32,000 nucleotides of DNA from Nostoc punctiforme PCC 73102 (GTDB lineage Bacteria > Cyanobacteriota > Cyanobacteriia > Cyanobacteriales > Nostocaceae): assembly GCF_000020025.1 (NCBI RefSeq), contig NC_010632.1:222919-254918 (forward strand), written 5' to 3'. Both the position numbers and the translations under genes were made by a program. Positions 16,101 to 24,559 of this stretch are shown in pieces. A model generated the notes under the pieces. That model was given only the letters and a program-made list of their open reading frames with translations, ran no database searches and was not told the origin of the DNA. Positions within the stretch are counted from its first letter, which is position 1; the number at the start of each line of letters is the position of its first letter.

Positions 16101-18282
16101 GGAAAAACACCCCATAGAAATCAGAGCTAGCCACCACCCACCGGGACATGAACGCCACGTTTCCAGACTAATGTTTGTCCAGGATGCTGACGGCGAATAT
16201 AAGGAATTCGCCATGCTCGAAACCAGGGGCGGAATGTTACCAATTGGCTCAAAGGCGCAAGCTAATTTCATTGGGGTAGAACCTGCTACTGCCAAATCTT
16301 CTATTGGACTGCCAGGAAACGAGTCGGTTGAAATTACTATCCGTGAACTCAAGAACTTCTCTTATGCAGGACTTGTTTTTAACGCCGAACCCGTAAACTT
16401 AGAATTTGGCACTGTGCCGATTCCTGATAAAACAGTAAAAATCAAAATTGATGCTTTGACTCTGGGGGAGTTAGACAGTGATTCTGTCCAACAGTTAAAA
16501 CAAATTGATTACCTGAAAAATGGTAATCCTCTAAAGTTAAAACTTACTTCTATCTCCGAAACTGGAGATCAAGCTTTTGTCCTGGGTGAATCTCCTAATG
16601 GGAATCTCCTCAAAATTAATAAAATTAACTTTTATGATTTTTCTGGTCAGACATTCGATGATTTGGATTACCGAAAACTGACTATCCAAACCTCAGCTTC
16701 TAAAACCAGAGATGCCGTATTTTTAAATGGTGAACCCTTGGGGGTATTACACTTCAAAAAAGACAAAGACGCGCTCAGACAGCTTGGGCTACTCAAACCC
16801 AAACAAGTTACACCCGCGCCTGCAATCATTGAAAGTAATTTTTCTGTTATTTGCGCTCAAATTGACCCTAATACCGTCGAATATCCCCAGAAATGGACGA
16901 AGGAATTTCAGGCTTTTGGGACTCAATCAGTTAATTTTGAACAACAAGAGATGATTGAGAGTAGTGCGAATATTCTACATCATATTAAAGAGCGCCCTAC
17001 TTTCTTATTTTCGACAGAATCAAACAAAAAACTTGGAGTCATGGGCTTGGCTGTTGACAACCAGAAAGTTGATACTGTAACTAAATGGTTAACTGCTCAA
17101 AATGTTAAATTCTCGCTTGCCCCAACAGAAGATGTTATAAGGGAAACTAAAAAAGGTCTAGCGGTATTTAACTTGGTTGATAGCTCCATTCCTGCCAAAA
17201 CTTTAGAGAGCATGGCCAAGAAATTTGGGGCTGTGATTGAAACGGATAGTGAGTATCAACAAAGAGTTAATTCCCTCGCCACACGACCGCAGTTTTTGAA
17301 ACCTCCATCTCAATCAGCATTGTTCCCACCTCAACAAAGCGCTCAATTCCACCCAAACCAAGAGGTTCAAAATATCGCCCCTCCTGTCATCAAAGGCAAA
17401 CCGATTCCGATGAACTACCCTTTAATGATGCATGGCGACACTAATCCAATACTAGTAGATACTTGCATTGATGCGATGAGAGGATATGGTCGAACTCATA
17501 CCACCAGAGCTTATCAACCATACAAACAGTATGGGTTTAAGGAAGGTGATATTGCTCTGGCGACAGGCATTGATAAGCAAGTTGCCTTTCGAGTCGGTAA
17601 GCAGTATCAAATCACACCCTCTATGATTGCTGACCCCGTTTATCAACAGCAGTGGGCTGATATGGAAAAGCACTCACCCAAAGCATTACCAGAACTGTTT
17701 ACCGAAAAACAGCAGGTGTGGGGACTACATATTGAACCCTTGGGGGATTATGTGGAGGGTTTTATAGTCCCGTTTCCTGAACCACAAAATAGAGCCGCAC
17801 TTGAAGCAACAGTCCAAACTCAATCAGTTACTATTGATGACTTGAGAAATTGGTACAATGCCGCAGATAAGTTAGGGAAGTCGGAGAATTACAAAAAACG
17901 CATTGTAGAAGTGGCCAATCAGTTTAAAGCTGGTGAGCAATTGTCAGCCGAAGCGTTGACAGTAATGAATAAAGATAAATTTGAACTTGAAGCCATCAGT
18001 CGGTTGACTCAAATTGCTCAAAGGATTGGCATGGTTTGGGGTAAGTCTGATGAAAATGGTACTAAAGTCCAAGGGAAAATTTATGACTTGGCTTTCAATA
18101 CCCAGCAGAGGGATTTAACTATTTTGCAGAAAAATGGGGAAGTAGTTTTAAACTTACAATCTGGCAAGGTGCAGACTAATAAAGTAACTCCACAGATATT
18201 GCAAACTTTTGAGGATGCTAATACTCAAATTGATCAAATATTAGCTAAATCTCAAACACAAAAAACAGACTTACAAAGATAG
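13102..18282 (+). CDS. Giant 1726-aa multidomain protein. The N-terminal ~700 aa carries RdRP-like / two-barrel (double-psi beta-barrel) RNA polymerase motifs. The C-terminal ~1000 aa is unassigned.
   Basis: An uninterrupted 5.2-kb ORF. Colinear motifs: VGDCYGQIS (13528-13554), QYRFGKGTL (13660-13686), RGMIIPSKELKNGEICV (14332-14382), VLNFRSPFLNSNG (14407-14445), RDFDGDCIGV (14608-14637), QIAVDLFKSAKKP (15112-15150). The CDS call is very safe. The polymerase-family call is about 0.6. Confidence 0.9.
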   Translation: MTLEFKHFDTRINQWIHDDGDKNNPDSILTEKIDNTLLESYFPDQEFSFGHIDEYSKAEDLQNHPEGHILLLSSKTRLLYGSPECLEVIDKLCPDRKDRGAYGSIFLGGCKNSINEKLNILIVNDITGENGGFIKDEDAFKLVGDCYGQISTKLYDRLTQTEQQQNKDYHVIQHRFGWTETDGEDNQYRFGKGTLRPYKLDKVEYLDPKIKSKIDLIIPISSFKGTDKDNPNGASKPQIKPGLYQQKIWLGEKSQSERGQTAISQLLASFPQGIKDFAEELEAQAQKLAENQDDPRIVAQLYCEKYEKRKALTESQKASLSKQITKQAGDGSLAKQLELVTSNDADGEYEIIDENNESPKDNLLMYKLIKADLVGGHNQLLETEKIKQELSRFVQSEWRDIASGRTLIFDRGMIIPSKELKNGEICVPWMDDGEKVLNFRSPFLNSNGLCISTNKLVDDRLAPDGVNLKGIIVVNDEDHKRILARLKTNEIAPIETESERQARDFDGDCIGVALASKYPNLTAEAEQRNLPKNAYSPTVKLKKQSFYLENGTQPPFEKIAIHMSDSISVGIINNQVTALEALESEIEVLKTYGTFEQKSNYLDQVSNHYETLFEQERQKDPKLIREEYKPYMQGVVEIAHSQRTPEIIQQAMDINRQMYRSMIEEGCYQNQIAVDLFKSAKKPEMDKIRENSRYLYRDVNYIKDKKSPSVYLNTGITPKGYSPVELLISQTNKYFQESQLESRPIVQFKDLFKGVEFTPQQKFAAIAAKYEFDLKFNAAVRASRRRETESGPSAVVQTDSGTQLEITNLTRYGHPLIWKAQTLNIRLDEIKFTNSERPHKLLAVAQIDGEIGENGKPAYRNLGTVSQQSVTDHNLKSGMTMQGAKLLELKPELTRSQTKLLFDKAQEAALAFYASIPESEKLASAAAAWNICASRQDELEVARKENANPQAIAKKVSNFAFAAFPNEIISRLEKLQFSEPKLVTLNNEANQFLGRKWNPEEKHPIEIRASHHPPGHERHVSRLMFVQDADGEYKEFAMLETRGGMLPIGSKAQANFIGVEPATAKSSIGLPGNESVEITIRELKNFSYAGLVFNAEPVNLEFGTVPIPDKTVKIKIDALTLGELDSDSVQQLKQIDYLKNGNPLKLKLTSISETGDQAFVLGESPNGNLLKINKINFYDFSGQTFDDLDYRKLTIQTSASKTRDAVFLNGEPLGVLHFKKDKDALRQLGLLKPKQVTPAPAIIESNFSVICAQIDPNTVEYPQKWTKEFQAFGTQSVNFEQQEMIESSANILHHIKERPTFLFSTESNKKLGVMGLAVDNQKVDTVTKWLTAQNVKFSLAPTEDVIRETKKGLAVFNLVDSSIPAKTLESMAKKFGAVIETDSEYQQRVNSLATRPQFLKPPSQSALFPPQQSAQFHPNQEVQNIAPPVIKGKPIPMNYPLMMHGDTNPILVDTCIDAMRGYGRTHTTRAYQPYKQYGFKEGDIALATGIDKQVAFRVGKQYQITPSMIADPVYQQQWADMEKHSPKALPELFTEKQQVWGLHIEPLGDYVEGFIVPFPEPQNRAALEATVQTQSVTIDDLRNWYNAADKLGKSENYKKRIVEVANQFKAGEQLSAEALTVMNKDKFELEAISRLTQIAQRIGMVWGKSDENGTKVQGKIYDLAFNTQQRDLTILQKNGEVVLNLQSGKVQTNKVTPQILQTFEDANTQIDQILAKSQTQKTDLQR

Positions 18283-18331
18283 ATTTATCCTAGAATAGCC
18301 TTTTTCAGCAATAAAAAAGGAGAAGAACGCT

Positions 18332-19096
18332 ATGGAGACAGCTAATCTAGAGCAAGCACAGGTTTCTTATAATCAAGGTTTGGCACATCTAAAGTCAGGT
18401 AATTTAGATGCAGTTATCGAGTGTTTTAGAGAGGCATTACTACTTAATCCTAATTTTGCTGAAGTTCACAATACTATAGGGATGATTCAGTTTCAAATCG
18501 AAAAGTATGAAGGTGCAATTCAGCTTTTTGATAACGCATTGTCAATGAATCCGAATTTTGCCGAAGCTTATAATAATCGAGGACTAGCTCGGTCAAAAAT
18601 CTGTCATAAATCAGAATTCCCCAAGGTGATTGAAGATTACACTAAAGCCATTGCCCTGAATCCAAATTTAGTCCAAGCTTATATAAATCGCGCTGATACA
18701 TACAAAAATCTAACTGGGGACAACCCAGCAGCTATCTTAGATTACAGTCAAGTAATTTCACTTGACCCAAACTGTTTATCAGCTTATATAAATAGGGCGA
18801 ATATTTATTTCTTGTCTGGGGAATTAGAAAAATCACTCTCTGATTTAGAAAAGGTATTATCTCTGGATACTGATTGTGCAGAAGCATACTGTGGACGAGG
18901 AACAGTCAGATTTTATCTGGGCGATGTTGAAGGTGCTAAAAAAGATTTGTTTAAAGCTTTTGACTTGTATAAGGCGCGAGGAAATATGGTTTACTGTGCT
19001 TTTACTCGAAGTCTCATTATGGAGCTTTTTCGAGATTTTGAAGTTTATAAGGATTTGTTTGGAGTTGAAAGTGAGATAGCCAAATCGAAAAAGTAG
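18332..19096 (+). CDS. Tetratricopeptide-repeat (TPR) protein
   Basis: At least 5 tandem ~34-aa units with the A..Y/F..AL.L.PN..A.YNRG pattern (e.g. ALLLNPNFAEVHNTIG, ALSMNPNFAEAYNNRG, AIALNPNLVQAYINRA, VISLDPNCLSAYINRA). An AGGAG Shine-Dalgarno lies 8 nt upstream. Confidence 0.88.
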   Translation: METANLEQAQVSYNQGLAHLKSGNLDAVIECFREALLLNPNFAEVHNTIGMIQFQIEKYEGAIQLFDNALSMNPNFAEAYNNRGLARSKICHKSEFPKVIEDYTKAIALNPNLVQAYINRADTYKNLTGDNPAAILDYSQVISLDPNCLSAYINRANIYFLSGELEKSLSDLEKVLSLDTDCAEAYCGRGTVRFYLGDVEGAKKDLFKAFDLYKARGNMVYCAFTRSLIMELFRDFEVYKDLFGVESEIAKSKK

Positions 19097-19117
19097 CCAC
19101 TTGACAAAAGTGGCTAC
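19093..19117. terminator. Hairpin shared by the convergent TPR and MTase-helicase genes
   Basis: gtagccactt (19093-19102) / aagtggctac (19108-19117), a perfect 10-bp stem with a 5-nt loop. Flanked by aaaaa upstream and aaattt downstream. Confidence 0.55.
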
Positions 19118-19122
19118 AAATT

Positions 19123-22100
19123 TCATCCGAGAATCTGAATTACAGCCGCCAGAATTGACGCTGCTTTATTGCCAGTTGGGACGAATACTCGCTTTTTCCA
19201 TTGAATGATCTCGGTGAAACATCCAACAGCCACCAGAGAGTCAGCCAACGAGATGGCATTCACTAGCTCTAGGCGTGCTTCACCAGCAACGAAAGACCGC
19301 CGCAGTGTGATTCCTCCCGGCAACTGCTGTGTATATCTCTCGTTCAGTACCAGCTTCACAAGTTCTTCTGGAGAAAGCACCTGGTTCCTTAGTCCGAGTT
19401 GTTCTCTGACAGTTTGAATGTCGTGAGCCGAAATCACCCGACCAAGAACTTTCTCGCCATCGCTGGTTTGCAATCGAAATACTCGACTGTTCTGCTGTGG
19501 CAGAGTTTTCCAAATCGGTAGAAGTATTCCAGTAATAAGGTGAATGTAATCAGTAGTGAACTGAGGCAGTTGGGAGATTTCCTTTGACCACGCTGCAACA
19601 AACGTATCAGCCGAAACCTGTTGCCAAGTGGAAGATTCCAACTTATCGACAGGTACGCGAGTCTCTTTCTGTGGTCGCACAAGTAAAACCCGTGGCACTA
19701 CCCCACCTTCAGAGTCGAATACACTGTGAGTAAGAATAAATACTGCGGCTTGACCAGATTTCCCATTAAGCATGAGTTTTCCCTGGTATTTGTCAGCAAA
19801 ATCCAACATCTCGTCAGATGTTTTGATGTTGTTCCTTTGGAGTCGCTCTACCTTGAGGTAATTAGTTACGCTGCCAGTCGTCGGATGAGTATACACCGAT
19901 TCACAACTTTCAACAGTGAACTTTTCAGCCCTCAGCGTTTCTACTCCCACTTCAAAAATACCATTGGCGATCGCAGTTTCAATTTGCTGAGAAAGCAACA
20001 ACTCGAACCGTTCGAAAATCACATTTTGCATCCTGATAGTCAAAGCCAGCAAGCGATTGAGGAATTGTCGCAACGGTGGGAGGTCTATCCGCATACCGCC
20101 TTCGTGAGATGTCAGAGACAACCCAGTCATCTGCTCAAAAGTCCCTAGAGGAACCTCATAAAATCGACCCTGGAATATTTGCTTGAATAACTCATACAAA
20201 GCGTACTCTGCGTACTGAGATTCTAGGTTATCCTTAGCCTCGAATATCCCGTTGCCCCCCGTTTGTCTCTGCCCCCGTGTGAGTGCGCCAAGACTGTCCA
20301 GCCGTCGAGCAATGGTGCTAATGAATCGACGTTCACCACGCACGTTGGTCGTCACTGGTCGGAATATTGGTGCAGACGCTTGGTTCGTGCGATGAGATCG
20401 CCCCAAACCCTGGATAGCGCTGTCAGCCTTCCATCCGGCTTCGAGTAAGTAGTGCGATCGCCTGCGACGATTGATCACATTCAAATCTGCGTGGTAGCTA
20501 CGACCTGTCCCACCAGCGTCACTGAAGATGAGGATTTGCTTGTCTCCCTGCATAAATGCGTTAGTTTCCGCAATATTCGCACCACTACCCCGTGAATCAA
20601 CAAACAAACGCCCCGAATCATCCTTGAGGACTCGCTTACTCCGTCCGGTAACTTCAGCCACTTGCTTGTTACCGAAATGCCAGAGCAGTTGTTCCAAAGC
20701 GCCTGGGATTGGGTCAAGGCTAGCTAGCCGCTCGACTAACGCCGAACGTAAAGCTACAGCTTCTTGAGAAATGATGGGCGAGCCATCAGCATTAAACAAT
20801 GGTTCAGAACGCTCTGAGCCATCGTCCCCTGAATGGATTTCATGCAAGTGAATTGGGAACGCACTCATCAAATACTCCATAAGATATTCTCGTGGGGTAA
20901 GGTCAAGATTTAAATCTTTCCACTCCTCGGACGAAACCTCATTAAGTCGCCGTTTCAAAAGTTCTTCGTTAGTGGACACAACCTGAACGACAACTGCAAG
21001 ACCTTGGGCAATGTCATGCTCAATTGCCTTAATTAACTGTGGACACTTCACCCCCGTCAACAAATGGTTAAAGAACCTTTGTTTGTGGCTTTCAAACTGA
21101 GACATTGCGCTCATCTTTGCAGCACGGTTAAAAGTCTTATCACCTGAGATATTGCAAGCTTCTAGTGCTTTTTGAAGGTTATTATGGATAATTTTGAAAG
21201 CGTCTGCGTAACTGTCGTAAATTCGTTCTTGAGTCGGTGTTAACTCAATTTCTAAGGTGTCATATTCCACACCATCAAAGCTGAGACTCCGCGCCAGATA
21301 CAGTCCTAAAGCCTTTAAATCCCGTGCCACAACTTCCATCGCCGCAATGCCACCGTCAGAGATGGATTCCACAAAATCTTCACGTGAAGTAAATGGGAAA
21401 TCCCCAGTCTGCCAAAGCCCCACGCGATTGGCATAAGACAGGTTAGAAACCTTTGTCGCTCCGGTGGCAGAGACGTATACAATCCGTGCCTTGGGTAATG
21501 CATTTTGTAGCCGTAACCCAACAATGCCTTGCTGGGATGCTGCAACCATACCGAGTTTACCCTCTTGAGCCATTGCGTTACCCATTGCGTGACACTCGTC
21601 ATAAGCGATCGCTCCCTCAAAATCAACACCAGCCCAATCAACGATTTGCTTGAGCCGACTTTTTCCACCCTTTTGAGATCGCAGAGTGGAATATGTACAG
21701 AACAAGATGCCTTGGGAGAATGGGATTGGATCGCCCAGCTTGATGTTCGAGAGGTCGATGATGTCTCGCTCAGTACCACCTAAAGCACACCAATCTCTAC
21801 GTGCGTCTTCGACTAGAGCAGAACTCTTCGATACCCAAATAGCTTTTCTTCGCCCTTGACACCAATTGTCCAAAACGATTCCTGCGACTTGTCTGCCTTT
21901 GCCACAGCCTGTACCATCGCCTAAGAACCAGCCACGGCGAAATCTTACGGGATTTTCTTCAGTATTTGCCGCCACAGTCACATTATCCCATGAATCATCA
22001 ACAATGTACGACCCAGACAAGAATTCTGAGTGTGCAAAACCAGCGTAAATCACGCTTTCAAGTTGTGCCTCTGATAACAAGCCTTGTGTGATAATATTGC

Positions 22101-23373
22101 ATGGAAGATGTGGTTTGTAACTAGGCGCTGGTGGCGAAACAAGTGCTAGGGCTGCGCTCTCGCAAAGTAATGAGGGATGTGGTAGGGCATCCTTGATCCT
22201 AATACGTTGTGGGCGATAGGTTTCGTACAAGGCATCTTTCAAACCGTCTGAGCCACTCCACTCGACCAATTCATACTCCAGAACAACCACATCTGGAATC
22301 TCTACGGAGGGTTCTGGTTGTGCGACTGTTTGACGCAAGGGTTGTTTAACAACTTTTGACGCAGTAACAGGAAGCGTTTTAACAGTAGAATGTTGCCATA
22401 AAGAGCGCTCTGGTAACTGCTTAATCAACGCCAGTATTTCGGGTAAATCCAAGGTTTCAGAGATGCAAGGAATGTTGCGAGGGTCAGCCGCCGGAATTTT
22501 TTCAATCACGGTAATCCTGGTTTCCATCGTCGTCCCGTGTAAAGCGTAGGCTTTTCCACTAACCCCAACCGAAAGCAGAACTCGCGCTTCCGAGTGCCAC
22601 TTAACGAAAGTCTCTTGCCAAGTTGGATTATTGGGAGAAAACCAATTAGCACTGATTGTCACCAGTCGTCCACCATCGCATAATCTTTGTAATGCTGAAT
22701 TAATATGACGAGGAGTTGCGTCGGGATTGCGATCGCTAATCTTGGGAGATGATGAGAATGGCGGATTCATCAACACAACTGAAGGCTGAGTCTTACCAGC
22801 TAAGTAATCGTTAATCTGCTCGGCATTCACAGAGAATAATGGAGTGCCAGGAAACAACCGACGCAGAATCTTCGCCCTATCGGGTGCAAGCTCGTTGAGC
22901 ATCAAACTTGCACCTTGAAGTTTGGCGAACTGTGCCAAAATTCCCGTCCCAGCAGATGGTTCTAGCACCAAATCATCAGTTTGTATTTGTCCTGCCAATG
23001 CTACCAAGTAAGCCAATGATAACGGAGTAGAGAACTGCTGAAGTTTGATTTGCTCCTCGCTGCGACGGGTATGTGTGGGGCAGAGCAACTCAAGCCGTCG
23101 CATTTCTTCTAAGGGATTATCAGAAAATCCCTTTTGCCGCAGATAGAGAATTAGTGCAACTTCTACAGCTTCGTAAGCATCTTTCCACTGCCACGCCCCT
23201 GATGCCGCAGTTCCGTTAAAATAGCGGTTCATCTGCGACTGAATTGCTCTGTTTGCCAAAGGTTGATTCTTGATCAATAATTTGACTAGTTCATGTCCGG
23301 CGCTGACAATGGATTGCCCGTAGTCTAAAACTGTTTGCACATTAAACAGTGAGCCTTGGATTGCATTAACCAT
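19123..23373 (-). CDS. Fusion of an N6-adenine-type DNA methyltransferase with a strawberry-notch (Sbno)-type DExH helicase
   Basis: LVLEPSAGTGILAQ (SAM motif I), VVLMNPPFSS (motif IV, NPPF), FLGDGTGCGKGRQ (helicase motif I), AIAYDECHAMG (DExH), VYVSATGA (motif III), IFSDAGGTGRSYHAD and QGLGRSHRTNQ (motifs V/VI). Confidence 0.9.
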   Translation of the reverse strand: MVNAIQGSLFNVQTVLDYGQSIVSAGHELVKLLIKNQPLANRAIQSQMNRYFNGTAASGAWQWKDAYEAVEVALILYLRQKGFSDNPLEEMRRLELLCPTHTRRSEEQIKLQQFSTPLSLAYLVALAGQIQTDDLVLEPSAGTGILAQFAKLQGASLMLNELAPDRAKILRRLFPGTPLFSVNAEQINDYLAGKTQPSVVLMNPPFSSSPKISDRNPDATPRHINSALQRLCDGGRLVTISANWFSPNNPTWQETFVKWHSEARVLLSVGVSGKAYALHGTTMETRITVIEKIPAADPRNIPCISETLDLPEILALIKQLPERSLWQHSTVKTLPVTASKVVKQPLRQTVAQPEPSVEIPDVVVLEYELVEWSGSDGLKDALYETYRPQRIRIKDALPHPSLLCESAALALVSPPAPSYKPHLPCNIITQGLLSEAQLESVIYAGFAHSEFLSGSYIVDDSWDNVTVAANTEENPVRFRRGWFLGDGTGCGKGRQVAGIVLDNWCQGRRKAIWVSKSSALVEDARRDWCALGGTERDIIDLSNIKLGDPIPFSQGILFCTYSTLRSQKGGKSRLKQIVDWAGVDFEGAIAYDECHAMGNAMAQEGKLGMVAASQQGIVGLRLQNALPKARIVYVSATGATKVSNLSYANRVGLWQTGDFPFTSREDFVESISDGGIAAMEVVARDLKALGLYLARSLSFDGVEYDTLEIELTPTQERIYDSYADAFKIIHNNLQKALEACNISGDKTFNRAAKMSAMSQFESHKQRFFNHLLTGVKCPQLIKAIEHDIAQGLAVVVQVVSTNEELLKRRLNEVSSEEWKDLNLDLTPREYLMEYLMSAFPIHLHEIHSGDDGSERSEPLFNADGSPIISQEAVALRSALVERLASLDPIPGALEQLLWHFGNKQVAEVTGRSKRVLKDDSGRLFVDSRGSGANIAETNAFMQGDKQILIFSDAGGTGRSYHADLNVINRRRRSHYLLEAGWKADSAIQGLGRSHRTNQASAPIFRPVTTNVRGERRFISTIARRLDSLGALTRGQRQTGGNGIFEAKDNLESQYAEYALYELFKQIFQGRFYEVPLGTFEQMTGLSLTSHEGGMRIDLPPLRQFLNRLLALTIRMQNVIFERFELLLSQQIETAIANGIFEVGVETLRAEKFTVESCESVYTHPTTGSVTNYLKVERLQRNNIKTSDEMLDFADKYQGKLMLNGKSGQAAVFILTHSVFDSEGGVVPRVLLVRPQKETRVPVDKLESSTWQQVSADTFVAAWSKEISQLPQFTTDYIHLITGILLPIWKTLPQQNSRVFRLQTSDGEKVLGRVISAHDIQTVREQLGLRNQVLSPEELVKLVLNERYTQQLPGGITLRRSFVAGEARLELVNAISLADSLVAVGCFTEIIQWKKRVFVPTGNKAASILAAVIQILG

Positions 23374-23577
23374 GACTGTATATACTATTGATTTTCACAA
23401 AAACTTGGCGTAGCCGATACTGCACAGTCAGATTCGTACAGTGATCGGCAATCAAAGTAGACTTAGTAGCAAGTTGACGAGCGTGAGCAAACTCCTCAAG
23501 ATCATCTGGGGCGTACCGGAGAGCGACTACTAAGGCACAGTGCGCTTTGCATTGTTTTGAATTTTTGAAGTGACTTT

Positions 23578-23614
23578 AAAGCGATCGCGTTTCAAGAATA
23601 GCGATCGCTTTTTT
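23578..23614. other. Hairpin built from two HIP1 octamers, followed by a T-run
   Basis: aaagcgatcgc (23578-23588) / gcgatcgcttt (23601-23611) with a 12-nt loop, then ttt. It lies between two minus-strand genes, so a terminator role is uncertain. Confidence 0.4.
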
Positions 23615-23659
23615 AAATAACTGTCTATGTCGAAGCAACAGGACACCCGGTAAAGTTAC

Positions 23660-24139
23660 TTAAGCGGACTGCTTGCGTGGTCTTGCGGGTTTGCGTGGAG
23701 CTTTGGTAGATGTAGCCTTTGCAGCAATCTTAGAAGTTTTGGTGGTTTTGGGCTTGGCGGTTTTAGCCTTCTTAGATTTCGGTTGTACTCCTGTTGCTGG
23801 TGGTAGCAGTCTTAGTGAGGGGAATTGGAGTACAACTGGTTGAGTTTTGGTATAGCTGTTGTGATGCTCTAATTCTAATGTCCAGGGGTCGGAAATTTCC
23901 TCAAACTGTGATGCAACGAAGGGAATTTGTTGAGGTTCGATTCCTGGTTGTTCAGTGTTAGATAGTGCTTTAAATTGAGGCGCTGTTAGTGTGGATTCTC
24001 TATTGGTACTCGATTGTGCAATTGCAATAGCTGGTAATGGTACAACATAAAGTCCATCGATAAAATCAAAAATCATCAGAGCAACAAAGCTCATAACAAT
24101 AACTTCAATAGCTTGGGTGAGTGTAGATTGAATATCCAT
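23660..24139 (-). CDS. Hypothetical 159-aa protein with an N-terminal TM helix and a lysine/alanine/proline-rich basic C-terminal tail
   Basis: VIVMSFVALMIFDFIDGLYVV is a TM segment. The tail is KSKKAKTAKPKTTKTSKIAAKATSTKAPRKPARPRKQSA. Confidence 0.6.
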   Translation of the reverse strand: MDIQSTLTQAIEVIVMSFVALMIFDFIDGLYVVPLPAIAIAQSSTNRESTLTAPQFKALSNTEQPGIEPQQIPFVASQFEEISDPWTLELEHHNSYTKTQPVVLQFPSLRLLPPATGVQPKSKKAKTAKPKTTKTSKIAAKATSTKAPRKPARPRKQSA

Positions 24140-24397
24140 TGTATTTCTCCGAAATTTTTGTAATGTTCACAAAAGTTACGCGAAGCGCTATTCGTCTGAA
24201 AATTAAGTACAAGCCGAATACAAGAGGTTTTAAAAAGGAATATCTTCAAAGAAATTCATGGGTTGACTGAAGCTCGAAGGGGCGCTTAAGTCTCGGATTA
24301 TTTTATGGTTGTCTGGATGTAGAAAATCTAAATTAATTTAGCTATTAGTTGACATACTCCCCCGAATTTAACGAAGTGGATTCGGGGGATTTTAGGA

Positions 24398-24541
24398 TCA
24401 AACAGCAACCGCAGTCTCAGACCGTCTTGCGTCGCCTAACCTAACCATTGATGCCCCAACGGATTGAATATTCTTAGATGCATTGTCATCACACCCATTC
24501 ACCGACTGACATGATGGACAACGCCAAACTCTTACCAACAT
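24398..24541 (-). pseudogene. tnpB: C-terminal remnant (~47 codons) of a TnpB-type (IS200/IS605-family) RNA-guided nuclease gene
   Basis: The minus strand reads (F V Y I C) MLVRVWRCPSCQSVNGCDDNASKNIQSVGASMVRLGDARRSETAVAV*. This matches the TnpB zinc-ribbon/RuvC-III tail pattern R.W.CP.CG..HDRD.NAA.NI...G, with decayed catalytic residues. It starts directly after the stop of the upstream methyltransferase gene. Confidence 0.6.
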
Positions 24542-24559
24542 ACAAATGTAAACGAATTA

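Noticed and set aside
14004-17673. Minus-strand and alternative-frame ORFs inside the giant ORF (14004-14207, 14235-14525, 15837-16052, 16071-16352, 16727-16954, 17452-17673)
   Set aside because: They are short and motif-free, and lie entirely within an uninterrupted 5.2-kb reading frame.
19205-22048. Many 60-154-aa ORFs in both strands inside 19123-23373 (for example 19726-20148 and 21315-21779)
   Set aside because: They are nested in the 1416-aa MTase-helicase CDS, whose motifs run continuously in one frame. These are alternative-frame artefacts.
23578-23614. HIP1-HIP1 hairpin as a genuine terminator
   Set aside because: I kept it only as a structural feature. The T-run follows it on the + strand, where no gene ends, and on the minus strand the hairpin lacks a trailing U-run.
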